DNA of 45,822 nucleotides from an uncultured bacterium (GTDB lineage: Bacteria; Bipolaricaulota; Bipolaricaulia; UBA7950; UBA9294), in NCBI GenBank assembly GCA_903839615.1, contig CAIMCX010000039.1, positions 1-45,822 on the forward strand. The letters run 5' to 3'. The notes beneath the pieces were generated by a model. It was not told where the DNA came from. It did not search any database and worked only from the letters and a program-made list of their open reading frames with translations. The translations under genes and the position numbers were made by a program. Position 1 is the first letter of the stretch. Each line of letters begins with the position of its first letter. Of this stretch, positions 1 through 9,792 are shown piece by piece.

Positions 1-492
1 CTTCTCTACGTGTTGGGCAATCATGACCGTCCGATGCATCGCGCCGACGGGCGGACGACAGAGGGCCCCGAGGGCGGACGGTCAATCGAGGGTCGCGTCG
101 TGCCGATCCGCAGTGAAGACGGAAGGACGGTCTGGATCGCCGGATTCGGCGGCAGCGCGGCATACTGCGATGGGCCGCACGAGTACACTCAACGCGAGAT
201 GCGCCAGAGAGTCTGCCGTGCCACGGCGAGGCTCGCCTGGAATGCGCTGCGGACAGGACGAGGAGCCGATGTCGTGGTCACCCACGCAGCGCCGCGTGGA
301 ATCCATGACGGCAGCGATCCTTGCCATCAGGGATTCGGAGCCTTCGTGGGGCTGATGCGGTGGTTCCGCCCGCGACTGCTGGTCCACGGGCATATTCACC
401 CGTCGTACGGCGTCGACATGCGCCCGCAGCGGTTCGAAGCGACGGAGGTCCGTAGTGTCTACGGGCACGAGATCCTGGAGATCGGGTCATGA
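1..492 (+). CDS. Calcineurin-like metallophosphoesterase, C-terminal part (5' end lies outside the window)
   Basis: The frame is open from base 1 (LLYVLGNHD...). GNHD, VVTHAAP and VHGHIH metallophosphatase motifs are present. The stop overlaps the next start (ATGA at 489-492). Confidence 0.7.
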   Translation, partial: LLYVLGNHDRPMHRADGRTTEGPEGGRSIEGRVVPIRSEDGRTVWIAGFGGSAAYCDGPHEYTQREMRQRVCRATARLAWNALRTGRGADVVVTHAAPRGIHDGSDPCHQGFGAFVGLMRWFRPRLLVHGHIHPSYGVDMRPQRFEATEVRSVYGHEILEIGS

Positions 493-3329
493 CGGACGCG
501 GAGTTCGAGCGAGCGTGGCATCGCGCGGCGTGGGACCGCATCGTGGCGTTTGTGACGGGGAAGCCTTCCCTTCTGCTCCCGTTTTCCCTCGTCCGCGACG
601 CTCTGGGAGTGGAATCGGGCGCATACGACGGCGTCCATGAGATCCCGATCGACCACATCATTGGGAGCGTGAATCGCTATCAAGATTTCGATCGGCACTT
701 CCTGCCGAGACGGTGGGCGCTCGGCGAGCGGTGGTCGCACGTGCGGCGATCCTTCGACGAGGAGTCGGGTTTCGCGCCGATTCGCGTCTACCAGATCGGC
801 GATGCCTATTTCGTTCTCGACGGCAACCACCGCGTGTCCGTGGCGCGCCGGCTCGGAATGACGTCGATCGAGGCGGAAGTCATCGCGTTTCACACCAACG
901 TGCCTCTCGACGAGCACACCGACGCCAAATCCTTGCTTGGCAAAGCGGAGTACGGGGAGTTCCTGCGCCGGACTGGACTCGACGAGCGTCGACCGGGGGC
1001 ACGAGTGGAGCTCTCGGAACCGGGCGGATACGCGAAACTGCTTGAGCACATCGATGTGCATCGCTACTACATGGGCCTGAATGAACGGCGGCCCGTTTCC
1101 TGCGAGGAGGCCGTGGACTCGTGGTACGACCACCTCTACGCGCCGCTCTGCGAGATCTTCCGGGAGGAGAAGCTCTTGGATTCCTTCCCCGGGCGAACCG
1201 AGGCCGACCTCTACGTTTGGGTGGCGGAGCACCTCTACTTCTTGCGCGAGGAGTTCGGTGAAGATATACGACTCGGGACGGCGGTGCGGGACTTCATGGA
1301 GATGAGAAGGGCCCCAGCGTGGGCGAAGTGGAGGAGCGACCTGGAGGGACGCATGCGGGGGACAGATCCGGTCGCGGCGCGGCGAGAGCCTCGGCGCGAG
1401 ACGGCCGCACTGAAGCGCATGGCGGATCGCCTTGCGAAGATGAAACGAGCGGGCATGAAGGCGCCGTATCGCGTTCCCCAGCTGTGGGTTGACCCGTACG
1501 GACGGGGAAGGGGGGTCGTCGACACAGATGCGGTCGACTTCTGGCGCGAGGCCGTCGATCGAATTCTGCGCTCTCCGCGCGAAGATCGACTGGAGGGAGA
1601 AGGCGGCGACTGGACGCGTCGTGCTGTAGTCTACAACGCCTTCGTCCGCACGGGATCGGCGTTCGACCATGACGCGGACGGGACTCTCGAGCACCGGCCG
1701 GGACGTCCGCGTGAGACAGGGACGTTCCTGAAGCTGATTGCCCTATTGCCGTACATGCGAAGCCTTGGCTGCAACGTCCTTCACCTCCTACCGATCGCAT
1801 CGATCGGGCGGGACGGAAGGAAGGGACCGCTCGGGTCGCCGTACGCGATTCGTGATCCCTACAGCCTGGACGACACACTGGCTGAGCCTCTTCTCGGTCT
1901 GGGTGCGGAAGCCGAACTGCGCGCGCTGGTCGAAGCGGCCCACCGGCTTGGCATGCGCGTCGTCGTCGAGTTCGTCTTCCGCACGGCGGCCAAGGACGCG
2001 GACTGGGTGCCCGAGCACCCGGACTGGTTCTACTGGATTCGCGCAGACATCGCGGACCGCACCCCCGGCAGCGTCGATGAGTCTCTCTATGGGAGTCCGA
2101 TCTTCACGCCGGACGAGTTGGGGTGCATCAAGGCGCAGGTCGCGCAAGGGGATTTCCGGACCCTGACTCCACCCCATGCGGAGTACCGATCTCTCTTCGT
2201 GTCGGCCCCTGCGGCGGACACCGTCCGGCGGGAAGGCGATCGGTTCCTCGGACTTGCTCCAGGCGGCGGTGCCGCGAGAGTGCCTGGAGCGTTTGCCGAT
2301 TGGCCGCCGGACGATACCCAACCGCCGTGGTCGGACGTGACGTACCTCCGGCTCTACGCCCATCCCGAGTTCGACTACATCGCCTACAACACCGTCCGGA
2401 TGTACGATGCTCGCCTTGCCTTGCCTGAGCTCGCCGTGCCGGCGCTGTGGGACCGAGTTGCCGGAATCCTGCCGCACTACATCCGGGAGTATGCGATCGA
2501 CGGCGCCATGATCGACATGGGGCATGCTCTGCCTCGGGAGCTCAAACGTAGGATCATCGACGAGGCGCGAAGGGAGCGGAACGACTTCGCGTTCTGGGAT
2601 GAGGACTTCGCGCTGCGGCCCGAATCGCGAGCCGAGGGCTACAACGCAGCCATCGGCAGCCTCTGGTGGACCGTTCATCGACCGAACGAGTTGCGCGACG
2701 CGCTCTGGAGTCTCGCCCGGACTTCCGTGCCGTTGCCGTTCCTTGCCACTCCGGAGACGCACAACACGCCTCGCTGTGCGGCTCGGCCGGGCGGAACGGC
2801 TCGATCGCAGTTCGCCTGGGTACTGGGTTGTTTCCTGCCCGCCGTGCCATTCGTGCACGGAGGGTTCGAGCTTGGGGAGACGCAGCCTGTCAACACGGGG
2901 CTCGACTTCTCTGCCGACGAGCTCAGCCGCTATCCGACGGAGACGCTTCCGCTCACGGCGCCGTGGGCCTACGACTGGGGACGGGAGATGCGGGCGCTCG
3001 ATGTCGTTCGCCGCAGCCTTGACGTGCGCGGCGAGTACGCAGACCTCGTCCTCCGCGAAGAGCCCGGATCCCTCGTGGTCCTCGAAACGGACGACCCAGG
3101 TGTGCTTGCCTACGCGCGCCGGGAGGGCGATCGTGCTGTGGTGGTCATCGGCAACTCAGGCAGCGAGTCGGTGGCAGCGCGTGTCGTCGGAGTGCCCCTT
3201 CCGGACGGATGGCACAGCGATCGGCTGACGGGGCGATCGTGCGAGGTGCGAGGCGGCGAGTTCCGGGGCGAACTCGCTCCGTGGGAGAGCCTGTTGCTCA
3301 CGAGGCACCGAGACGGCGCCTTTGGCTAA
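489..3329 (+). CDS. Two-module protein: N-terminal ParB/Srx-fold (ParBc-like) domain plus helical region, and C-terminal GH13 alpha-amylase-family domain with GlgE-like motifs
   Basis: 946-aa ORF. YFVLDGNHRVSVARRLGMTSIEAEV fits the ParB-like DGxHR..A..lG pattern. The C-terminal half carries LGCNVLHLLPI...GSPYAIRDPYSLD, EFVFRTAAKDADWVPEHPDWF, IDGAMIDMGHALP (nucleophile-Asp region), FWDEDFALRP (acid/base region) and FLATPETHNTPR. Confidence 0.75.
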   Translation: MTDAEFERAWHRAAWDRIVAFVTGKPSLLLPFSLVRDALGVESGAYDGVHEIPIDHIIGSVNRYQDFDRHFLPRRWALGERWSHVRRSFDEESGFAPIRVYQIGDAYFVLDGNHRVSVARRLGMTSIEAEVIAFHTNVPLDEHTDAKSLLGKAEYGEFLRRTGLDERRPGARVELSEPGGYAKLLEHIDVHRYYMGLNERRPVSCEEAVDSWYDHLYAPLCEIFREEKLLDSFPGRTEADLYVWVAEHLYFLREEFGEDIRLGTAVRDFMEMRRAPAWAKWRSDLEGRMRGTDPVAARREPRRETAALKRMADRLAKMKRAGMKAPYRVPQLWVDPYGRGRGVVDTDAVDFWREAVDRILRSPREDRLEGEGGDWTRRAVVYNAFVRTGSAFDHDADGTLEHRPGRPRETGTFLKLIALLPYMRSLGCNVLHLLPIASIGRDGRKGPLGSPYAIRDPYSLDDTLAEPLLGLGAEAELRALVEAAHRLGMRVVVEFVFRTAAKDADWVPEHPDWFYWIRADIADRTPGSVDESLYGSPIFTPDELGCIKAQVAQGDFRTLTPPHAEYRSLFVSAPAADTVRREGDRFLGLAPGGGAARVPGAFADWPPDDTQPPWSDVTYLRLYAHPEFDYIAYNTVRMYDARLALPELAVPALWDRVAGILPHYIREYAIDGAMIDMGHALPRELKRRIIDEARRERNDFAFWDEDFALRPESRAEGYNAAIGSLWWTVHRPNELRDALWSLARTSVPLPFLATPETHNTPRCAARPGGTARSQFAWVLGCFLPAVPFVHGGFELGETQPVNTGLDFSADELSRYPTETLPLTAPWAYDWGREMRALDVVRRSLDVRGEYADLVLREEPGSLVVLETDDPGVLAYARREGDRAVVVIGNSGSESVAARVVGVPLPDGWHSDRLTGRSCEVRGGEFRGELAPWESLLLTRHRDGAFG

Positions 3330-3865
3330 GGGATCGCGGCGTAGCCGGCGTCGAGGGCCTTCTCGTTGATCTCGACCAGTTTCTCTTTCCCACCGTCACG
3401 CATGGCGGCGGCCATCGCACGCTTCACCGCATCAAGGGGGACGACGCCGGTCGCCTTGACGTAGGCGCCCAGGGCGACCATGTTGACGGTTCTGAGATTC
3501 CCCACCTGAGCAGCGATGTCGTTGATCGGGATCGCGTGCGACACGATGTCCTTTCGCTTCACATCGCGTGCGATGAGCGACCGATTGACCAGGAGGATGC
3601 CCTTCTTGGCTACGGTCGGTTCGAACTTGTCGAGGGACGGAAGATTGAGCGCGATGACTGCGCTTGGCTCGTCGACGATCGGCGAGCCGATGGGCTGATC
3701 GGAGAGGATCACGGTGCAGTTCGCGGTGCCGCCGCGCATCTCGGGCCCGTACGAGGGAAGCCACGTGACTTCGAGCCCGTGACTCATTCCGGCCTGAGCG
3801 AGGATCTTCCCCGCGAGGATCACTCCCTGTCCGCCGAATCCGGCAATGACCACCGAACGCTCCAT
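3326..3865 (-). CDS. 2-oxoacid:ferredoxin oxidoreductase, gamma subunit
   Basis: MERSVVIAGFGGQGVILAGKILAQAG...SYGPEMRGGTANCTV is typical of the OFOR gamma family. The start was trimmed to ATG 3865, which overlaps the beta-subunit stop (ATGA). The longer track ORF (to 4048) overlaps the beta subunit. Confidence 0.85.
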   Translation of the reverse strand: MERSVVIAGFGGQGVILAGKILAQAGMSHGLEVTWLPSYGPEMRGGTANCTVILSDQPIGSPIVDEPSAVIALNLPSLDKFEPTVAKKGILLVNRSLIARDVKRKDIVSHAIPINDIAAQVGNLRTVNMVALGAYVKATGVVPLDAVKRAMAAAMRDGGKEKLVEINEKALDAGYAAIP

Positions 3866-4626
3866 CACGCCCCCTTGTTCACGAGATCGCCAAGTGGGAA
3901 GACCTTCGTCACGGTAGTGGCAACGTGCTCGTTGGCCTGGAGCGGCGACATGTGCCAGTTCGTCGGACACGTTGACAGGATCTCGACGAGCGAGTACCCC
4001 TTCCCATCCACCTGGTTCTGGAACGCCTTCTTGATCGCCTTGGTGCAATCCATGATCCGTCGCGTGTCGTACAGGGCCTGCCGCGTGATGTAGACGGGCG
4101 CGTCGAGTTGTGCGAGGAGTTCCGAGAACCGGATCGGGTACCCGGTCGTCGCGGGATCTCTACCCTCGGGGGTGGTCGTCGTGCGCTGCGACACGAGCGT
4201 AGTCGGCGCCATCTCGCCGCCCGTCATTCCATAGATCTGGTTGTTGACGAAGATCACAGTGATGTTCTCGCCGCGGTTCGCGGCGTGGATCGACTCAGCA
4301 GTCCCGATGCTCGCGAAGTCCCCGTCGCCCTGGTACGAGAACACGATGCGGTCCGGGCGCGCACGCTTCAAGCCCGTCGCGACGGCGCTCGCGCGCCCGT
4401 GCGCGACCTGCAGCGCATCGCAGCGGTACCAGAGGTAGGCGAACACAGCGCAGCCGACGGGCGCGATGCCGATCGTCCGCTCGGCAATGCCGAGCTCATC
4501 GATCGTCTGTCCGATGATCCGCGTGATGAGCCCGTGGTGGCATCCTGGACAGTACGTGAAGTGCGCCTCGGTCAGACTCTGCGGCCGGCTGAAGACCTTG
4601 GTCATGCGTGCGGTGTCAACGGGCAT
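3865..4626 (-). CDS. 2-oxoacid:ferredoxin oxidoreductase, beta (TPP-binding) subunit
   Basis: FTYCPGCHHG N-terminal motif and GDGDFASIG thiamine-PP motif. It lies in an operon with the alpha, gamma and delta subunits. Confidence 0.9.
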   Translation of the reverse strand: MPVDTARMTKVFSRPQSLTEAHFTYCPGCHHGLITRIIGQTIDELGIAERTIGIAPVGCAVFAYLWYRCDALQVAHGRASAVATGLKRARPDRIVFSYQGDGDFASIGTAESIHAANRGENITVIFVNNQIYGMTGGEMAPTTLVSQRTTTTPEGRDPATTGYPIRFSELLAQLDAPVYITRQALYDTRRIMDCTKAIKKAFQNQVDGKGYSLVEILSTCPTNWHMSPLQANEHVATTVTKVFPLGDLVNKGA

Positions 4627-5671
4627 ACTTCTTCACCTCGCTCAGGATCCCATTGGGTGTTGGGACGACTCCGCCCATCTCCCCATAGAACGGCGACGCG
4701 GCCCGCTCGGCAACCGCGAGGCGCACGTCCTCCCACATCTGACCGGCGCTCATCTCGACCGTCAGAATGGTGTGGACGCGGTCGGCCAGGTCGCGCAGCG
4801 GCTCGTACGGGTACGGCCACAGCGTGATCGGGCGGAACAAGCCGAGCCGTATGCCTTCGGCGCGCGCCATGCGGATCACGGTCTTCGCGATCCGCGCGAT
4901 CGACCCATAGGCGACGACGACGATGTCGGCGTCGGCCGTGTCCATCTCTTCCCAACGGACCTCGTTCTTCCGAATCTCGGCGTACTTCGCCTGCAGCTCG
5001 AGGTTCATCCGTTTCAGGTTTTCGGGAGAGAGGTCGAAGCTCAGGATGATGTTCGGGTCCCGACCCTTCGCTCCCGTGGCCGCCCAGGGCTTCTGCGGGA
5101 GCTTGGAGAGTTCGAGCGATTCGGGCAGCTCGACGGGCTCCATCATCTGCCCGAGCAGTCCGTCGGCGAGGATCATCACGGGGGTCCGGTACCGGTCGGC
5201 CAATTCGAATGCAAGCATGGTCAGCTCGCCCGCTTCCGGCACGGTTGAGGGGCCGAGGACGATCATGTGGTAGTCGCCGTGACCTCCGCCCTTCACGGCC
5301 TGGAAGTAGTCGCACTGCGACGGCGCGATATTGCCCAGCCCGGGTCCACCGCGAACCACGTTGACGATCACCGCAGGCAGATTCGACCCGGCGATGTACG
5401 AGATGCCTTCCTGCTTGAGCGAGATCCCGGGGGACGAGGAGGACGTCATCGTTCGCACACCGGCCGCGGCAGCGCCGTAGACCATGCTGATCGCTGCGAC
5501 CTCGCTCTCCGCCTGGATGAACGTTCTCCCGAGACGGGGCATATGACGAGCCATGTGCTCCACGAGCTCGCCCTGAGGAGTGATCGGGTAAGCGAAGTAG
5601 CACTGGCAGCCGGCGCGGATCGCCGCCTCGGCGATCACTTCGTTGCCGCGCAAGAGGTAGCGTTCTCCCAT
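4616..5671 (-). CDS. 2-oxoacid:ferredoxin oxidoreductase, alpha subunit
   Basis: LLRGNEVIAEAAIRAGCQCYFAYPITPQGEL is the typical OFOR alpha N-terminus. 351 aa. Overlaps the beta-subunit start by 11 nt. Confidence 0.9.
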   Translation of the reverse strand: MGERYLLRGNEVIAEAAIRAGCQCYFAYPITPQGELVEHMARHMPRLGRTFIQAESEVAAISMVYGAAAAGVRTMTSSSSPGISLKQEGISYIAGSNLPAVIVNVVRGGPGLGNIAPSQCDYFQAVKGGGHGDYHMIVLGPSTVPEAGELTMLAFELADRYRTPVMILADGLLGQMMEPVELPESLELSKLPQKPWAATGAKGRDPNIILSFDLSPENLKRMNLELQAKYAEIRKNEVRWEEMDTADADIVVVAYGSIARIAKTVIRMARAEGIRLGLFRPITLWPYPYEPLRDLADRVHTILTVEMSAGQMWEDVRLAVAERAASPFYGEMGGVVPTPNGILSEVKKYAR

Positions 5672-5680
5672 ACGGACTCC

Positions 5681-5905
5681 TTACGTCCTCGTCTTCTCCC
5701 GATAGACGGACAGAGCAATGTCTGGGCATGTCAGCGCGCAGAACGCGCACCCGACGCACGCATCCGGCATCTCCACGTGAACCACGTCGTAGCCGCTCTT
5801 GTTCAGCGCGCCGGAGAAGGCGAGGACCTTCTGCGGGCAGGCGGCGATGCACAAGCCGCACCCCTTGCAGCGCTCACCGTCGACGACGACAACTCCGTGC
5901 GGCAT
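5681..5905 (-). CDS. 2-oxoacid:ferredoxin oxidoreductase, delta subunit (2x[4Fe-4S] ferredoxin)
   Basis: 74 aa with two CxxCxxCxxxCP motifs (CKGCGLCIAACP, CVGCAFCALTCP). It sits directly upstream of the alpha subunit. Confidence 0.85.
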   Translation of the reverse strand: MPHGVVVVDGERCKGCGLCIAACPQKVLAFSGALNKSGYDVVHVEMPDACVGCAFCALTCPDIALSVYREKTRT

Positions 5906-5915
5906 GAGACCTCCT

Positions 5916-6332
5916 CTACGACTCGTCGTTCTCGTTCAGGCGTCGCGCGCGATGCTTGCGAAGCTGCGAGAGAGCTGTGTCGACGCGATTCACCCATCCG
6001 CGGATCTGCTCCTCTTGAATGGAGCGCGTAACGGGATTTGGGGTGCGCGATCTCGCTCCCTGGTGGCGGCCGGACAACGCACTGTGGAGCCGATCGAACT
6101 CCAGGTCGAACGCCGTGGCATGACCTTCACTGCCTGCCAAGCGCACCGGCGCGACGATGGTCCGTCCTTCGGGAGAACTGCCTTCCACGGAGAACTCACC
6201 GCGGTATCCAACGTGAAGGGGTTGACTGGACGCGTCATGCAGGATGGCGAGTTCATCCGTGTCCAGGCGAACCTGAGGATCCTCGCCGTCGACAGCCACG
6301 ACCTCGCCGAACAACGTAACCTTGTCGTTCAA
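5916..6332 (-). CDS. Hypothetical protein (138 aa) with basic/acidic C-terminal tail
   Basis: TTG start preceded by AAGGGAGA. GC-rich third codon positions. Co-directional between rpmB and the OFOR operon. I recognise no family motif. Confidence 0.5.
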   Translation of the reverse strand: MNDKVTLFGEVVAVDGEDPQVRLDTDELAILHDASSQPLHVGYRGEFSVEGSSPEGRTIVAPVRLAGSEGHATAFDLEFDRLHSALSGRHQGARSRTPNPVTRSIQEEQIRGWVNRVDTALSQLRKHRARRLNENDES

Positions 6333-6360
6333 CGGTCTCCCTTCGCCGCGATCGCTGGGA

Positions 6361-6552
6361 CTACGCCGCCTTGACGACGCGACCCGACTTGATGCACCGG
6401 GTGCACGCTCGAATCCAGCCGCGACGCCCGTCGACGATCGCGTGGATGCGCTGAAGGTTTGGGGCGCGCACGCGGCGCGTGTGCCTCAGCGAGTGGCTGA
6501 CCATGTTCCCCGCCAGGGGACGCTTGCCACAGACCTCACAGACTCTCGACAT
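6361..6552 (-). CDS. rpmB: 50S ribosomal protein L28
   Basis: MSRVCEVCGKRPLAGNMVSHSLRHTRRVRAPNLQR is the classic L28 sequence. SD GAGAGGTGA lies upstream. Confidence 0.95.
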   Translation of the reverse strand: MSRVCEVCGKRPLAGNMVSHSLRHTRRVRAPNLQRIHAIVDGRRGWIRACTRCIKSGRVVKAA

Positions 6553-6579
6553 CTCGACTCACCTCTCGTCTCTGCACGC

Positions 6580-7221
6580 CTAAGCCAAGATCGGCTCGAC
6601 GTACATCGGCTCCACTTCGTACAACCGGTCCGCACGTAACGCGGCGCCCACCCGGGCCACCGCGAGTGCCGAGGGGCACAACGCATTCTCCGGCCCGAGG
6701 ACCGCTCGCGATGCGCTCCCCGCCAGGGCGACGACCCGTTGCGCGGCACTGCCGACGACGCACAACGGTCGCGTCTCCGCTTGCAGGCGTTCCGCCACCT
6801 CCGACACCCGCATCATAACCGTCTCCGTTCGCGGCTTGGCGCCGGAGAACCAACGGGCATAGACAAGATCCCGCCGGCTGGCAATCACCACGCAGACTCG
6901 CTCCGCGGCCCCGGCGCGCTCACGGTAGGCGGCCATCCCGTCGACGCCGACAAGCTCGATCCCGCGCGCCTGGCTCATGCCCTTGGCGGTTGCGAGGCCG
7001 ATGCGCAGCCCCGTGAACGATCCCGGTCCGAGGTTCACGCAGATCCTCGCGATGTCGTCACGAGTCCGCCCGCACTCCTGCAGCAGGATCTCGACCGTCG
7101 GGAGAAGGCACTCCGCGTGCCGAAACGGCTCAGGCAGAGAGCGTTCCACTGCGAGGCCCGCGTCGTCCATAAGCGCGACGCTGCCGGGGGACTCCGACGT
7201 ATCCAGGCCAAGGACCAGCAT
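6580..7221 (-). CDS. tsaB: tRNA threonylcarbamoyladenosine (t6A) biosynthesis protein TsaB
   Basis: MLVLGLDTSESPGSVAL...GPGSFTGLRIGLATAKG is the TsaB/YeaZ signature. Confidence 0.85.
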   Translation of the reverse strand: MLVLGLDTSESPGSVALMDDAGLAVERSLPEPFRHAECLLPTVEILLQECGRTRDDIARICVNLGPGSFTGLRIGLATAKGMSQARGIELVGVDGMAAYRERAGAAERVCVVIASRRDLVYARWFSGAKPRTETVMMRVSEVAERLQAETRPLCVVGSAAQRVVALAGSASRAVLGPENALCPSALAVARVGAALRADRLYEVEPMYVEPILA

Positions 7222-7254
7222 GCTGCCGAATGGTAGGCGAGCGGCGAGAGCGTT

Positions 7255-8172
7255 TCAACCGCCGAACGGATCCGGGTCCATCGCCTCGGGAAAGAGGACC
7301 GTGGCGGCGCGTGCCTGCTGGAGGTCTTCTTCCATTTGGGTGCGCAGCTCGGCCAGCGTGGGGAACGCGCAGTCCGGCCGCAAGAGAGAGTATAGGTGCA
7401 CCTCCAACGTGGTTCCCTGCAGGTCACGGGCGGGTGTCTCGAGAAGATGGACCTCACAGCGGGGCGACGCGCCTCGCAACGAGGGACGGCGTCCGCAGTA
7501 GGTCAGAGCGAGGGACCGGAGGCCGTCGTAGTACGCGCGCGATAGGTAGATTCCGTCGCGCGGACGGAGGATGCGCGGGTCGAGGCGAAGGTTCGCCGTG
7601 GGAAAGCCGAGCGTACGCCCGATCGCATCGCCCGGCACCGCATCCCCGCGGAGCAGCGGAGGGCGGCCGAGAAGCTCGCGTGCTTCCGCCACGTTGCCTG
7701 CCTCGAGAAGCGCCCGAATGCGCGTGCTGCTGACCGGCTCGCCCCCGACCCGGAGCGGTGGCAACAGGACAAGCTCGAGGCCCACGTCTCGGGAGAGGCG
7801 ACCCAGCGTTGAGACGTCACCGGAGCGGTCCTTGCCAAACCGGAAGGACGTGCCGACGACGACCGCCCCTGCATCGAGGTCATGGGCGAGGACTCGGGTC
7901 ACAAACTCGTCCGGAGCCAGATCGCGCAGCTCGCGAAACGGCGCTTCCGCGACGTGATCAACCCACACCCCAAGCAGTCGACGCTTTGTCGCCGGCGGGA
8001 GAAGCAGCCGGGCGCTTGCGTCGCCTGCGAAGGCGCGGGGAGGAACATCGAACGTGTAGGCCACGCAGCGCCCACCTGTCCGGTCTGCGCACTCGCGGGC
8101 TGCGGCAAGCAGGCTTTGATGTCCGCGATGCACACCATCGAACGTTCCCATCGCGATGACGTCTCGTCCCAT
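7255..8172 (-). CDS. ribF: Bifunctional riboflavin kinase / FMN adenylyltransferase
   Basis: VIAMGTFDGVHRGHQSLL (FAD synthetase) and GFPTANL...EVHL (riboflavin kinase). Start set at ATG 8172. The 72 codons upstream in the track ORF look like a non-coding extension. Confidence 0.9.
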   Translation of the reverse strand: MGRDVIAMGTFDGVHRGHQSLLAAARECADRTGGRCVAYTFDVPPRAFAGDASARLLLPPATKRRLLGVWVDHVAEAPFRELRDLAPDEFVTRVLAHDLDAGAVVVGTSFRFGKDRSGDVSTLGRLSRDVGLELVLLPPLRVGGEPVSSTRIRALLEAGNVAEARELLGRPPLLRGDAVPGDAIGRTLGFPTANLRLDPRILRPRDGIYLSRAYYDGLRSLALTYCGRRPSLRGASPRCEVHLLETPARDLQGTTLEVHLYSLLRPDCAFPTLAELRTQMEEDLQQARAATVLFPEAMDPDPFGG

Positions 8173-8269
8173 GGAGCACCTCACACTCCGTCTCGATCGT
8201 ACTTCCTCTCGCCGGGGAGCGCAGCGTGAAGTGGTGGGCGGACCTCGGCGTACGTAGAATGGAGACGCG

Positions 8270-9274
8270 ATGAGGACGGAGCATCTGGCGGGAGCAAGAC
8301 TCGAGGAGGACGAAGCGTGCGCCTCGTTGCGGCCCCGCTCTCTCGGTGAGTTCGTCGGGCAAGGTGACGTGAAGGAGAAGCTCCGCATCTACATCGAAGC
8401 GGCGCGCCGACGTGACGAACGCCTTGACCACGTCCTTCTCTCCGGGCCCCCGGGGCTCGGGAAGACGACATTGGCGCAGATCATCGCGGCGGAAATGGGC
8501 GTCGGGTTCCGGGTCAGCTCGGGACCTGCGATCGAGAAGGCCGGCGACCTCGCCGCGATTCTCACGAATCTCCATCCTCGGGACGTCTTCTTCATCGATG
8601 AGATCCATCGGCTGCGGCGCAACGTCGAGGAAATCCTCTACCCAGCGATGGAGGACGGGAAGATCGACATCGTGCTGGGCGAAGGTCCGAACGCGCAGTC
8701 GCTGCGAATCGATCTGCCACCGTTCACGCTCGTTGGGGCGACGACGCGTTCCGGACTCATCTCCGCGCCGATGCGGGACAGGTTCGAAGTGTCGTTCCGG
8801 CTGGGGTTCTACACGCACGGCGAGCTGACGGAGATCGTGCTTCGATCGGGCCGGCTGCTCGGCATTTCCGTCACGCCGGACGGAGCGGACGAGCTCGCGA
8901 AGAGGGCGCGAGGAACGCCGCGAATCGCGAACCGTCTCCTGCGCCGGACGCGCGACTACGCCGAAGTCCGAGGCGAGGGGCGAATCGATATCGACACTGC
9001 GCGGCAGGCTCTCCAGATGCTGGCGATTGACGAGGCCGGACTCGACGATCTCGACCGCCTCGTGCTCCAGACGCTGGTCGAGAAGTTCGGCGGCGGGCCG
9101 GTCGGACTGGACACTCTGGCTGCGTCCTTGTCAGAGGAGAAGGACACGATCACCGACGTGGTCGAACCGTTTCTGTTGCAGGAAGGTTTCCTCCAGAGGA
9201 CGCCGCAGGGGCGAGTGGCGACGGAACGTGCCTACGCGCACCTCAGGAAGCCTCAGCCGGGGCGGCTCCTCTAG
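8270..9274 (+). CDS. ruvB: Holliday junction branch migration DNA helicase RuvB
   Basis: [12 protein letters not shown]...[14 protein letters not shown] (Walker A), FIDEIHRL (Walker B), GATTRSGL. Confidence 0.95.
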   Translation: MRTEHLAGARLEEDEACASLRPRSLGEFVGQGDVKEKLRIYIEAARRRDERLDHVLLSGPPGLGKTTLAQIIAAEMGVGFRVSSGPAIEKAGDLAAILTNLHPRDVFFIDEIHRLRRNVEEILYPAMEDGKIDIVLGEGPNAQSLRIDLPPFTLVGATTRSGLISAPMRDRFEVSFRLGFYTHGELTEIVLRSGRLLGISVTPDGADELAKRARGTPRIANRLLRRTRDYAEVRGEGRIDIDTARQALQMLAIDEAGLDDLDRLVLQTLVEKFGGGPVGLDTLAASLSEEKDTITDVVEPFLLQEGFLQRTPQGRVATERAYAHLRKPQPGRLL

Positions 9275-9792
9275 GCCCGACGCCCGAGCTTGCGAGCGTT
9301 TGCAATGAACTCCCGCACGACGCCCTTGAAGCGCGTCCAGTCGAGAAGCACTGCCGCGGCGATCCAGAGTCCGTAAAGGAGTGCGGCCCGTGGAGCGGCG
9401 CTCGTTGCGACGGCCAAAGGCAGCGCGACGACGGGGAACGCGAACGACATCGTTACGGACTTCGAGCGGAAGTAGGCGATGAACGCGGCGGCTACCATTA
9501 CGTAGGGGAGCGCGAGGGCGAGAGGCACGTAGTTGGCCATGGTGAGGTAGCAGAGAGCGGAGAACACCATCATCATGTCGAAGGTGAATTCCTGCTCGCC
9601 GACCCACGTCGCCGGCTTGTTGTACTTGCGTGCGAGACGGCCGTCGAAGATGTCGGTGGTCCAGCCGATCAGGGTCAGGACGATGACGGCCTCGAGAGCT
9701 TCCTTCCCGACGAACCCGAGAGAAAAAATGGCCAACGCAATCACGCCACGCGAAAGCGTCAACAGATCTGGGACCCTTTTCATCTCGCTCAC
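9271..9792 (-). CDS. CDP-alcohol phosphatidyltransferase family membrane protein
   Basis: PDLLTLSRG...[13 protein letters not shown] matches the first half of D-x2-DG-x2-AR. The second half (G-x3-D-x3-D) reads GEQEFTFD with altered spacing. The protein is multi-pass hydrophobic. Confidence 0.65.
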   Translation of the reverse strand: MSEMKRVPDLLTLSRGVIALAIFSLGFVGKEALEAVIVLTLIGWTTDIFDGRLARKYNKPATWVGEQEFTFDMMMVFSALCYLTMANYVPLALALPYVMVAAAFIAYFRSKSVTMSFAFPVVALPLAVATSAAPRAALLYGLWIAAAVLLDWTRFKGVVREFIANARKLGRRA

